A stretch of 35,954 bases of DNA. Origin: Nemertoderma westbladi (lineage: Eukaryota; Animalia; Xenacoelomorpha). The notes below the pieces were generated by a model. That model saw only the letters and a list, made by a program, of their open reading frames with translations, ran no database searches and had not been told where the DNA came from. The position numbers were made by a program, and so were the translations under genes. The DNA lies in contig JAUCBJ010002813.1 of the NCBI GenBank assembly GCA_032718475.1, positions 1-35,954 on the forward strand, given 5' to 3'. Of this stretch, positions 1-13,138 are shown one piece after another; positions within the stretch are counted from its first letter, which is position 1, and each line of letters starts with the position of its first letter.

Positions 1-863
1 CACTTTCAAACAGAAAACCATCCTGTTATTTTAGGTTTGACTAAGGCGTACTATATTTACTGTTTTGCTTTCTCGGTCGAGAAGACTGACTTGAACTAGC
101 TCGCATAGAACACAGTCCTTCAACGACTTGTTATTTACGGACTTCCACAACCCTTTCAAAATAGTACTAAAACACAGTGATCTCTATTTTCCAGATGTTA
201 TTAATGTCTTCCTTTGAATAAAAATAGTGTACGACAGTCAACAAAAGGAAGATAGTCTGTCTGAAGTCTAAAGGTATGAAGTCTTTTAGTAAAAAAAATA
301 GGTTAAAGTCTAATAAACTTGGTGCGGCTTCACGCTATTGGAAACTTGGCCGAAAAATACTAGTACAAAAATAAGTACAATCCAAACAAGTGTTACATGC
401 TGTGTCCAAACGGGGGTGGGACCTGATTTGACGCAGGAAGGTAGCAGCTACTATATCCTACGTCTCATCAGAGGTTCGACCGAAGGCCCTAATGAGCCTA
501 CGCAAGCAAACTCACAAGAGTCAAACCCGGGGGGGGGGGGGGTGGCTGCTACTTTGTCCTACGACCCAGACGTTCGACTCGAGGTCGCGCCTATGAGCCT
601 AGCGGCCGGAGTGCGCAAGCTCTAGAGAGGGCTGGTTGGCCAAAGGCTCGGTTCGCTGCGGGAACTACCCACGCTCCTAAGCCCCACCGATACCAGGCGA
701 GGTAAAGGGAGAGTATAGGGACAGTCCAGCCCGACTGCTGAGAAACTGAGCCAAGATGGCGTGCCAGGGGCTGCCATCTACAAGGCCGAGTGTTTCCGAC
801 TGTTGAATTCATGAAGTGTGGTCCCTTTTAAACCCGGTGTTCGGGGTCATGGAGTTGACCCCT

Positions 864-2036
864 TGTAAAGGCTTTTGCGGATCTAGCTAGTCATTTTCCC
901 CGCAAAGTACTCTGTAGGTGTTTTAGCGGACATAAAAAGCCGTTTTCTTACTGTGTAGGTGTTTTAGTGGACATAAAAAGCCATTTTTCTGTATGTGTAC
1001 TTTAGCGGACATAACAAGCCATTTTATGCCGCAATACGCCAAAATACTCTTAATACAGTGTAGTTCAGATGACGACATCTATCAGCTGATATGTCGACGT
1101 GGAGCTTTTGGCTTTCTTTGTTCAGGCTCACTCACTCGACCAATCAGAGCGATTTTCATTTTATTTGCACAGAAGCCTCCGGGAAATCGCGCAATGCATT
1201 ATGGTCTTTGTTTACCTTTTTTCCTGAGCCCAGAACATCGGCTTTGGAATTATTCTGTGTTTCAGACTTTAGCCAAACATTAGAACGGCTTTGATCATAG
1301 AAACGTATAACTGTTATCAGACCATATCACATACCATCACATACAACTTTCACCGCATTATTTTACTGCTATTTACTGTCGGTTATTAATTGTTATCAGT
1401 TGATGGAATGTTGTTATATTTGGAGAATATCGATAAATAATCATAAAACCCCAATCTTCTTGATATACTGAAGGTTAGAGAGACCGGTTACATATAGCAA
1501 TTGCGACTTACATTATAGTGGTTTTGGAGTGAATTGAATGCTATTTCATAGACCCTACATGTGTCAGTTGCTGTTCTCCTTATATATGATAAAATTAGTG
1601 AAGGTCGGCAGATCAGTGTGCAGCAGTGTGCGGTAGTGTGCATGAGTGTGATAGATAACAAAGCATTTCCTAAAGAATGCGCTTTATACGAAATCAATAG
1701 CCATCCCGTTGTGTTTAGTGTAAGTCATAACTCTGTTTACATACTTAGAGCGCCACGTCCTAAAGGAACTGTTAATATTTCCCGAAAGTGAATAATATTT
1801 GTCAGAGATTATATATTAACGATCAATCGAATAGTACAGTAGGCCTACACCGCAATAAGGTCAGAGCATCCGAATCCAGTCTCCCTTAACCGTGGGTGAA
1901 TGATCGCGCATAGGCTGGCTTCGGCTAATGTAACTTTATGTGTATCAAATACTTGTTATAGGCTAAAGTCGATTTATAACCTAGAAGACACCTAAAATTG
2001 GCAGGTTAAACTGCTAAAGGTCTAAAAGCGCGAACA
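864..2036 (+). repeat. 5' LTR (1173 bp)
   Basis: TG...CA ends. Matches 15595-16774 apart from about 13 substitutions, two 1-bp indels and one replaced patch near 1320-1347 (counted by eye). Contains a ~40-bp unit (tgtaggtgttttagcggacataaaaagcc) repeated 3 times at ~908-1025. Confidence 0.97.
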
Positions 2037-2047
2037 ATAACAGTTAT
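2037..2047 (+). promoter_or_regulatory. Atypical primer-binding position ATAACAGTTAT (no TGG), possible self-priming site
   Basis: Directly abuts the 5' LTR. Exact reverse complement of ATAACTGTTAT at 1307-1317 inside the LTR. Confidence 0.4.
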
Positions 2048-4035
2048 CTGTTTTAGATTGCAGTGTAGGCAATAAATATAGTTGTCTATTGTTCTGGTAA
2101 GAACAATAACAGTTATTCTTTCTTTATTGCAACGTAGGCAATAAAGGCAAAAGTACCGGTCGACCGGTAACCAGTAGGCCTAACTACCTAACCACCCGAA
2201 CCGGTACTTACAGCAGTACAGGTACATCAGTATTATTCGATTTTGATAATTATATACCGGTAGGTCTTGATATTTAATCAGGGACTGCAGCCCTGGTTTT
2301 TTATTGGGATTTTACTTATTTCTGTCAGTTTTATTTATCTGTAAGTTAATATTGAGCAGAAGGCGTGTAAGCCTGCTCAGATTGTATAAATAATTTGTAG
2401 GCTGGATTGTTGTCTGGCTGTTGTTAAGTCTGAAGAGATTGCAGTGTGTGTAGAGTGTATGTCCGATAAAGTACTAGTTAGGAACGTGGGGGCATCCAGT
2501 GCTGTAAGGTAAATCCCCCCCCCCCCCCCCCCCCCCCCGAAAGAATAAGTCGTACTACTCGGTTAGAACGCATACTAACTAACCATTTCGGAGTCTGCAT
2601 ATACTGTAGTTTATTTAGGCTTGATAGTAGTCTGCCAGCGTTTGGTCTGTATTTTGTTTGTGTAGTCTGTACGGGTAGCGTAATATTTATTATTCAGAGT
2701 TTATGCGATTATTCGCAACATACACAACCCCAAGTTTATTCCTACAGTAATTGTGCTTGTTATACATACCGTTATAGTTAAATTAACCCCGGTACTACAT
2801 CAGGGCTGTTTGGCGTAGGTAAAGACTGGTGATTTTATGCTCTGGTCACTCCGGCAGATACCGTGGTTCTTTTAGCTGTACAAGTATTTTTAACTGCTGG
2901 TTATTTGTTGTATAAGTACTTGTACCTAATTTAGGGTTTAGTGTACAGTGCTTTCCGAAGGTAATTAGTGTGTAGGCAGTATATTTGTGTTGTAAAGTGG
3001 TTAATAGGCACGTTAGCTATAGTAGGCTGCGGTAATTAACTTCTAGGTAGGAACACTCCGGGTACATAATGTAGTACTTATAGCGCTACGGCTATAAGTC
3101 GTCAGACGGTGGTATTTTCCTATCTAGACAACGCAATATATTTACTACTGCTTTATTATTTTCAAATACCGTAGTATCCTGTCCGTTTGTAATAACCAGA
3201 TATTCTAACCCCTTGTTAGGCTGGTTTGTAGATTTCTTGTAAAATTAACCCTAAAAATTCGTACGTGTAATTTTTGTGTTTATTTAGAGATTGTAATCTC
3301 ACCCCGTAATTGTACGTAATTTGTAGTAATAAGTAACTTAGGCAATTAGAATTATTTGTTTTAGTGTCCAACAAGTAGCACTTCACTGAGAGCGTACAGC
3401 TTTTGTGTAGTGACTATTTCCCAGAAATAATAACATTTATTTCAAATATTGTAACAAAACCCATTAAACGGGTATATATATATTATAAATCAACTCAAAC
3501 CGATTTATAAAATAGTAGGCCTGTTATACAACAATTATGTCTTAATATCAGTTGGACTACTGCTTAAATAACGGTAATAAAGTAAAGTAAAGTAACTAAG
3601 TAACCCTAAAATTCAGGAATTCAATTATTCTAAAATAATTGACGTACCAGTATTTACGATAGGCTTATTATATTTATTTTATAAATTTATGCTGAAATTA
3701 TATACCGGTATTCTGTAATTAATTTTATGTCTATAATTATACTTATATATACTATAAGTGTAAGCTAAACTGTATACTGGTATTCACAGTAGGCTTATCA
3801 TATATTTATATATATTTGCGCTGAAATTATATACCGGTATTCTGTGACAAACCTAGTCTGTAATAATACTTATATATACTATAAGTGTATACCGGTATTC
3901 TAATATATTGTATATATATCACGTTACATAGAGTAACGATATCGGTAATTAATTACTAGGCTAACAGTGATACTGAATTACTAGACTTGCTTTAAATGTA
4001 ATTATAGCAGTAGGCATTCAACTGTACAAACAAAC

Positions 4036-7000
4036 ATGTCTGACACAAAGCAAAACCTGTCAGACAGTCTCCTAAATACAACCATCTGTGATCCAGATAG
4101 GAGTGCGGAACGTTTGAGACCGAAGTTCAACTCCCCTCCTACTGTAAGAAAGGTCATCCCTCCAGTAGTAGTATCAGACCCTAGGCTAGTCAAACACCGT
4201 AGGTCTATCATAGGCACTCGGGCTCAAGTCAAGAGGGACCAAGAAGCAGCTGTTAAACAGCAGCAACACCCGAGCCGAGAACTTATTTCTCAGCGGCCCG
4301 ATAGCTCCAGTAGTTCAGATACTGTAGAGTTGACACCCGAGCGCGGAGCAAGGATGGCAGATGCGGTTTATTCGGATCCACTTCTCATTCTTCCTGCAGC
4401 CGTACTCACTAGGGTATTGATTGCGGTGGAGGAACACCAAATCGATTGGGCAAGAAGTAAGCGATCGACCAAGGACAGTTATGCGGGATACACAAGGGAG
4501 GAACTGAAGTCTATTGTCGAGACGCAATGGAACTTTCCCGGACCCGGACTCCCGTCTAACTTATCGGAAGCTGCCTGGGAGGACTTATACAGGATGGGAG
4601 TGACAAAGGATACTAGTGATCCAGCTGTATGGAAGAGGTCGGCAGCAGGATATGTACAGGGATTCTTCAGCTCTTTGGAGCGATTAGAGGAACAACTGTT
4701 TCAACAACACCAAGGACCTCAAGAGCAGGGAGAGCTGCTTTATCAAGTTCAAGTAAGAATCCTAAGAATTAGACTCCTCCTATCAGCCTTTGAGGAAGCT
4801 TCGAAGAGAACCCAAGACACATCGTTGCAAGTTGCCGTCAAGACTTGGTTCCAACGGGTGAGTCTCAAGGTTCAAGGAACGACCCAGTGGAAAATTCAGC
4901 TAACTGAGCGCTCGACCCATGGAGAATCAACAGATGCTGCCTTTTCTCAGTTGGAAAGCGAGGTTACATTAGAGAAACCTCAGAAGAAGGACGCTATTGA
5001 CATCTATCTGTCGGACTATCAACGATTTGTAGGAGACAAAGAGTTGAGGAGACGGCTGGCTGGACTTCGCCCTAATAGTGAAGGAGCCAAGTTTGTGTTG
5101 GACGCATTAGATGCGGAAATGTTAGCTGCGAACCAAGCTAAATTTGATGAAAGCAGCCGCATCGCTAGGGTCCAAGAAGAACAAGTAAAGAAAAAACGTA
5201 TAGAAGGCAGAAAGACAGCAGCAGCGGCAGCGGCAGAGGCAGAAGCGGAAAGAAAGGCGGCAGAAGTGGAAAGAAAAGTGGCACTGGCAGCGGCAGAAGC
5301 GGAAAGAAAAGCGGCAGAGGCAGCGGCAGAAGCGGAAAGAAAAGCGGCAGAAGTGGAAAGAAAAGCGGCAGTGGCAGCGGCAGAAGTGGAAAGAAAAGCG
5401 GCAGCGGCAGCGGCAGAAGTGGAAAGAAAAGCGGCAGTGGCAGCTGCAGAAGCGGAAAGAAAGATAGCAGTGGCAGAAGCAGAACGGAGAGCGTCTGAAG
5501 AGACCATCCAACTAGAGTTGGAAAATCTGCAAGAGAAGAAAGACTACATAGATAAACAGAGAACAGCTATTCAGTGGCAGATGATAAGTCGATCCACCCC
5601 CAAGCGACAGGGCTTTACATCATCGGATGAAGGCGATACAACAGATCCTGAAGGCAGAGGAAATAGATCTCGTCCCAGCAGGCGTAGAAGAATGCCCCAC
5701 CGTCAGAAATTGCCTGATTTGCCCCCAGCTGTGAGAAGGCAACTAGCTAGCACGGACTTAGGTAGTACAGAACTCACAGACCAAATTATTAGAGTAAAAA
5801 GACTCCCTACTATAGTAGATGAGCCTGAAATAATTAGGCCTGTTCTCGAAGCTACCCCCTCTGTGATAGAGACCCCTGTACTTCCAGAACCCAATTCTAA
5901 ATTCCCTTTGCACAGCACTAAATTACATGTGCCCAGCAGAACAGCCCCTGAGACAGTTCCTGTCCTGGACTCCGAGCGAAATATCAACGATTTGTCGCCC
6001 GTTGTCCCTCGTCTACCCGCTACTGTGTTGGCGGCTCCTGCTTCGGCGGTCGAGTGGGTGGATGAGGGGCGGCGGGGGATGAATCTCCTGCTCGGGCAGA
6101 TGCAGGAGACTGTTCAACAGTTCAAGGGAACAGTAAGGGAAAGTAGGTTAGAGTTGCAAGAAGTGCAGCAGAGTATCGCATTAGAACGCAATAAATTAGT
6201 AAATACACAAAAGGGTATACCACCACCCCCTGTAACAATGTGTCAACCTGTTAGGTCTGAAGTATTTCATGCGCAAGGTGTGGTGCCTACACGCATCTAT
6301 ACTGCTAGTTAAGTAGAAACTACTATAGTAAACCCTATTAAGGGTAATTATAAACCTGTTGACAATGATATTCCATATAGACCTGATCATAATCCGAGAA
6401 ATTTATATACCGATAACTCGATATTAAACAACACGATGGCCCAAGAAAGTTTTACGCGTCAAATGGCTAGAACCGAAGCCCGTCAAGCGGTAAAATTGGG
6501 AGAGATCGTCAAGTTCAATGGAGATGAGATGAAATGGTTACCTTTTAATGAATATTATAAAGATAACATACAGAACTCTGTGCTATCTAACGGAGAGAAA
6601 CTTAGATTCCTCATCGAGTGCTTTGAAGGATCTCCCAAGTTAATGGCGTTAAAGTTTATTGGACATCCAGATGGATTAAGACAAGTTTGGAATACACTAA
6701 ACATCAGGTATGGTAATAGGAATAACATAGCTAGGTATTTGTATGCAAAATTGGTAGCGCCCAGAAAGTTCATTAGCAGCGGGATTATAGAGTTTTCCGA
6801 TGAGATTCAGGAGATCTGTAGACAATTAGATTGGCTAGGTAAGTCTCATGAATATCAGAGTTCTATGGTTATTGGAGCCGTAGCATCTACTTTACCAAAG
6901 GGTGGAGTAGGTACACGCTGGTACAAGAAAGTGTTATATATGATGGAACAACAACGAAGAGACCCTACCATGGCTGATCTCATGTCATTCTTAGATGGAG

Positions 7001-10000
7001 AGGTAAAATTACAGCTCCTAAAGCAGTCCAGAGAGAAGACACCGGAAAATAAGGTAAGTGAGAAACCAGTTTCTAGGAGAAAGGTAAAACCAGTGTGTTA
7101 TACAGACGATGGCGAAAGCCAGGCTTCTCAAGAGGAGGACAGCGGGAAAGACGCTGAAAGATCCTACTATGTCAACAAAGCGCCTAAAGACGTAAGTAAA
7201 TTTAAGTCTCGAACCAATGACAGGAGAGAACAGGTAACAAAAACTCCTCCTACGTCTCCTAAGAGAGTTCACGGAAGAAAGCCCGAGGGAAGAACGAGTG
7301 TGCACAACATTACCCAAGGTAAAGTAAGTAACATCAAACCAAAATGTGTGCTGTGCGACGGGCCCCACCGTTTAAGTGTGTGTGATGAATTCCTAAAGAA
7401 ATCACTGAAAGATAGATGTGAAGTCATGTGGGATAAGCGGTTGTGTTATAATTGCCTCAGACAAGGACACCAACGGCGAACCTGTTACTCCGACGCAAGG
7501 TGTGCAAAGTGCGGCGCGAAACATCATATCTTGTTGCACACTGAATTCGAAAGAAAAAGCCCAAGTCAGGTAAGTGAGTCCGAACTACATGTCCAATCCA
7601 GTGATGTGAACGACACTGACCAAAGTTCTGAGATGGAAGGATTCTACACGGATGAATTCTCCGACGAAAACGAATCCTGTTACCTAATAAACACCGCAGT
7701 GTATCGAGCACTTACATATGAGACTGAAACCGATAGTGAGCTCCCCCTAACTATTCCTGATCGACAACCATCTTGGAAAGCACCAACTTCCAATGTAGGA
7801 ATCCGAGAATTTCCCGTAGTGCAGTTGAGAGTCCACGGGTCAGAAAAGAGCTATATAGTGAACGCCCTCCTTGACTCCGGCAGCACAGGAACATTCATCG
7901 ACAAAGAACTAGCCAAAGACATCTTTGCTGGACAACCCAAGTTCCGAACTAAGTTGAACATTTCAGGAATTATGCAGGTTTGGAAATCCACAGTAACTAC
8001 AGACTACTATGTAGGCGCGTTGTCCACCCCCCAGGATGAACTAGGAGAACACAGTATAAGGTCAGTAAAAATGGTGGCGATAAAGAACTTCGCTACCAGC
8101 CAAGCGGAACTTTATAACTGGGATGAGGATGATTTCACCCAACAGCATAAGATACCTAGATTCAAAACAGACTACCCTGGAGTACAAATACTCATCGGCC
8201 AAAATGCGCATGAAGCGCTTGAGACATTGGAGAAACGGCCTGCTCAACCGCAACCACTAACAAACCTATGCGGGAAGAACTAGAGTGGGTTGGTACTTTA
8301 CTGGACCTTCCCGTAGAACTCTCATGGAAAGGCTACCCAAAGAACGGGTCTACCAGGTGAATGGGAAGAGGAGATCAGTGAGGGAAACGACACACCTGAG
8401 GGAGCACCATACTCCTCAGATAATGACGATATCCACCAACTATTCGACGAGGAGAATACCATCGACATCCTTACGGAAAATGAAACTTGGCAAAACCAAG
8501 TGAACCTATGTCACCTCATTCATCCAATGGGACAAATCGATTACAATGACGAACTGAATGAAGTGATAGATCGTTATAACGCGAAGACTCGTGATGAACA
8601 TGCCGTACGATTCTTTACTCAAGAGGCTGTAGAGCCCAATTCCTACGATAAGGCCCTATCGGTAGAAGAAGAAAGAGCCAATCAGATACAGGAAACAACT
8701 ACACGTTTTCTTAAAGATCAAGGTAGATATGAGATTGGTCTGCCTTTCCGACGGCGAGAACCCAATTTTATAAACAACCGACCCTTGGCGGAGAAGAGAA
8801 TTGCGCAACTACATCGACGCCTTACGGCAAATGCTTCAGCTAAGGAGATGTACAAGACCCAGCTGAAGAAATTCATTGACAAGGGATATGCGGAGCGAGT
8901 ACCGGAAGGAACACCCATAACTGAGAGAATGTACTATTTAACACATCATTACGTTCCCAAATCCGGTAAACCCAACGAAGTCCGGGTAGTATTTGACGGC
9001 TCCGTCCTCTACATGGGCCAATCCCTTAACTCCGAGTTGTTGCCAGGACCCAACTTACTCCAATCCTTGTTGGGAATACTCTTAAGATTACGACAATATT
9101 CCATCGCTTTCGCCTCCGATATAGAAGGCATGTTCTTACAAGTTAAGGCGCTGGATAGAGATCGAGACAGCCTACGATTTCTGTGGTGGCCTGAAGGAGA
9201 CCTCAACCAGAAACCGGAGGAGTACTGCATGACCATCCAGGCTTTTGGGATCATCTCAAGCCCTTCAAACGCCTGCTCAGTAGTGCGCACCACTGCTGAT
9301 GACAACCGGGACGCCTTCTCCAAAGAGGTTATCGACAACATCAAACGGGATATATACATGGACGACAATTTAAAGTCCCTCCCATCGGTGGAAGAAGCCA
9401 TTGATGTCGCCAAAGGAACGGTAGAGTGCTTGAAAAGAGGTGGATTTCGATTAACTAAATTCACCAGTAACTCACGTGAATTTCTGGAATCGATCCCGGT
9501 AGAAGATTGAGGAGTTAAAGATCTAGACCTTATCAAGGACGATCTTCCAGAAACCAAGACGCTTGGTTTGAAATGGGACACGGAGAGAGATATCCTGTTT
9601 TTCCAGCTAAAACAGCGAGATAATCCAGTTCGGACTAAATGGATTTGTCTAAGTATCATGAGCACTTATTTCGATCCATTGGGATTTATTAGCCCAGTTA
9701 TATTGATTGCTCGGAGTTTAGTACAACAAATGTGGCTTGAAAATCACTCATGGGACGATCCACTTAAGGGAGAACTATTAAAGAAGTGGATGAAATGGGA
9801 AGATTCTCTACCATCCCTCGTGAATTTTACGATTTCCCGTTCTTATTTTGGTCACATTCTCCCCACGTATTCCTATCAACTCCATGTGTTTGGAGACGCC
9901 AGCGACATGGGAATAGGTATAGTAGCCTACCTGAGGGTTGAAACTCCGGATGGAATTAAGGTCGCCTTGGTTACCTCTAAGGCCTTGATAAACAACAAGT

Positions 10001-12240
10001 TGAAAGTTCCTCGAGCGGAGTTAAAGGCGGCTCTATACGCTACAGCCATCGGCCGGAATGTAACAGAACAGATAGACTATCCATTGGAGAAAACTGTCTA
10101 TTGGACCGATGCTTTGCTCGTGTTGTAGTATATCACCAATGAAGTCTGTCAGTTCAGCGTCTTCATTACCAACAGAGTAGCCATTATACTTAGTCGCACG
10201 AAGATAGATCAATGGAGACATTGCCCCGGAATGATTAATCCAGCCGACATCGCCTCCAGAGGAGCAACTCCACAAGAACTGATAGATACTCCAGACTGGT
10301 TAGGTGGACCCGACTTCCTAAGCAAAGAAGAGGATGAATGGCCTCCTCATCTTACCACGGCGGAGATTAGACAAGCCAAGGGAGCGGAGAAAGTCAAACC
10401 TAAAACCCGAGCGAGTAAATCGAAGTTATTTAAACCCGTGATAGATCTGTCTGTACTACACACTTCCAGAGACGACGCTTTGGATCCAAAAACCCCAGCC
10501 ACAAATAAGTCTGTTGTGGAAATCAGAGAGAGAGATTGGAAATCTGGAATACCAGACGTCTCGCAAGGATTCTCACCCCTCCTGCAGAGAGCGATACATC
10601 ACTATAGTTCCTGGAATCGGCTCTGTAAGGCTGTTACATATTTAAAGCGATGTTTTCATCATCACTACTCCAGGACGAAGACCACTAGTGATACCGCTCC
10701 ACTGACATCTGCGCACGTCCATGTTGTTAAAGATCTTCCCAAATACAAGATATCAGAAAGATTTCTGAAGGAGAAAATCAGCTACCAGGAGCATGAAGAA
10801 ACCAATAAGCAGATACTGAGACTCCTGCAATGCTATGAGGATTCCGATAAGTATTTCCTGTTGTTGAGAAATCCACAGATGCGCTTAAGGGATCGTTACT
10901 CTAGCACAATGATAGATGGGTTGATACGTGTTGGAGGAAGACTAACTAATGCTCCATTATCCTTTGACACTAAGTTTCCCATACTCATTAGAAATCTTGA
11001 AATACAAATCAAGATGATTGTAGATGTTCACAGTAAGCTTTACCATGCTGGTAGAGAATGAGTTCTTAGCGAAATTCGAACTCGCTATTATTTTCATAAA
11101 CCCCGTAGAGCTCTGAACCAAGTTCTTAGGAACTGCATACCCTGTAGGAAAGCATTCAGTAGGCCTTTAACACAGCGAGAGGCAGAATTACCTAGGGAAC
11201 GAGTAAGCTTCTATGAACCACCCTTTACTAATACTGGTGTGGATTTATTTGGCCCTATTGAAGTATATCGTGCTAGAACTATAGTCAAGAGATGGTGTGT
11301 CATCTTTGTCTGTATGACTTGTAGAGCTATCCATCTCGATATGGTGAACGATCTATCTACCAACAGCTTCATACTGAGCTTACGCCGACAGATCGCTCGC
11401 TTTGGAACTAGTAATACGATGAGATCTGATAAGGGAACGCACTTCATTGGCGCCAACAATGAAATCAAGGCTTACGTCAAAGATTGGAACCAAAGACAGG
11501 TGGACGATCAGCTAAGGGTAACAGCGTCTAGCTGGACCTTCAACGCCGCCGACGCCCCTTGGTGGGGAGGAAGTTGGGAGAGATTAATCAGGAGTGTGAA
11601 GACCGCATTTCACTTTATAGTGCCGTGCTGCGCGTATCTCACCGATGAACTTTTGCGGACGTTAATGGAGGAAATCGCCGCCTATCTCAACGAGAGACCA
11701 CTTATGCCAGTCTCATCGAGTCCCAATTCCCTGAAAGCGCTAACACCCGCGCACTTCCTACTGAAGAAACCTGTAGCCATGCTCCCACGATCGGAAATCA
11801 CGGACGGAGACGAATACTGCCGGCAAACTTGGCAACTTACGCAGTTGTTATCCCGTCGTTTCGCTGACCATTTCGAAAAACATTATCTGCCGACGCTACA
11901 ACTTCGAACCAAGTGGTTTGCGCAGCAAGAAAACGTCAGCGCCGGAGACATGGTCCTTATTGTGGATTCAGATCTTCCACGTAAGCGGTGGCAGACAGGT
12001 CGTATCATCGAGACTCATATCTCGGATGATGGTTTGGTGCGATCGGTAGAACTCGTCGTCATACGACGTAACTTTAAGAAACCGGGAATTGTCTTCGAGA
12101 CACAGCAGCTCAATCGCCCAGTTGGTCGTTTATGTTTACTGGAAAGAGACAGAGAACTCTCCAGAAACTATGGAAGGCAAGATACTCTTCCCACGACCAC
12201 CTCCCTAATCCAACAAACATCTAGGGACTCCCCAATGTAA
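4036..12240 (+). pseudogene. BEL/Pao gag-pol polyprotein (~2700 codons), disrupted
   Basis: ORFs 4036, 6436, 8500, 9568, 10231 and 11239 share one frame and read through single stops at 6310, 9508, 10126 and 11059. A frameshift pair lies at ~8260 and ~8355, with the TRVGWYFTGP motif in the other frame. Gag motifs: KFNGDEMKW..EKLRFL..RYGN and three Zn knuckles (CVLC..H..C, CYNC..GH..C, CAKC..HH..LH). Pol motifs: protease LLDSGS, RT SDIEGMF/YMDD, KTLGLKW, RNase H HVFGDAS..PRAEL..WTD..NPAD, integrase H..H..CIPC, DLFGP, SDKGTHF, WERLIRSVK and C-terminal GDMVL..GRI..DGLVR. Confidence 0.95.
5215..5490 (+). repeat. Coding tandem repeat (AAAAEA/VERK)n in the Gag N-terminal extension
   Basis: Repeated gcggcagaag(c/t)ggaaagaaaa units encoding an A/E/R/K-rich helix. 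Confidence 0.85.
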
Positions 12241-12796
12241 CAGCGTCTGGAGTGGGTGTATGACTATATTATTTCATATATTTTTATTATTTTTATATTT
12301 ATGTATGTACTATTATGTACTTTTATTATAATCGTTTTCTTTAATTTTATTTGGTAGAATGTTATTTTAGCGATTATTTAGTAGATTAGTGCAATATATA
12401 TTAGTGTTTATTACTTACTTACTTATATTATATTATATATTTAGTGCGACGGCGAGAAATAATTCTGAGAAATAATTCTTTTTCTCTTTCCTTACTGTCC
12501 GTATCATATTATAAATACGTGACTACAGTAAGATGAAATGTCCGTACTTATTAAAGTACAATAAAGCTCCTACTATATTCAAGTATTATTGGTAAGTAGA
12601 GTATTAGGAATGCAAAATTCAGATCCTCGTGTCTCGGCTAAACTAAGCTCTGGGTAGACCTTGGAAACGACTTGCCTCTTCTCACTGACATTGCTTCTTG
12701 CAATATTGCTCTCATACCGTATATTAAATAATACATATAGTAGCGTGATGTCCCTTTAACAGTAGCATAAAACGCAAAATAAATCTGTTAAACCCT

Positions 12797-13138
12797 TTGA
12801 CCATCTGTAATTCTAGTCGATTAAGATATCGCAGCACCCACCGATATACTTGAAAGACAAAATTCTAGAATCAATGGTTAACGTCCCCAGACATGTTCTG
12901 GAATAAACCGGTGCCCATCTTAAATATTAACTATTAATATTTATAAAATCTGTCAAATAGATACAATAAAGTAACTACTTACAAGTTAACTCTAGAAAAT
13001 CTATAAATTAAAATCTGTAAAATTTTAGATCCTTTAAAATTCTAGTCTATTAAGATATCGTAGCACTTACCGATACTCTTAAAAGGACAAATTTCCTAGA
13101 ATTAAGGGTTCTAGTTCCCAGACATGCTCTGGAATAAA
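12797..13138 (+). other. Two diverged copies (12797-12907, 13028-13138) of a ~110-nt stem-loop module
   Basis: Shared core attctagtc..ttaagatatcg-loop-cgata..ctt..ctagaat plus a small ccagacatg.tctgg hairpin. The outer stems differ in sequence but still pair. Confidence 0.65.

Noticed and set aside
338-863. GC-richer segment with short ORFs and hairpins that received the BEL insertion, considered as an older solo LTR continuing at 16780-16834
   Set aside because: No matching TSD or protein motif found. Left unassigned.
993-1791. Short ORFs inside the LTRs (also 15822-16025)
   Set aside because: No recognisable motifs. They recur only because the LTR is duplicated.
5019-5511. Antisense Ala/Ser-rich and Cys/Phe/Arg-rich ORFs
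   Set aside because: Shadows of the coding repeat on the plus strand.
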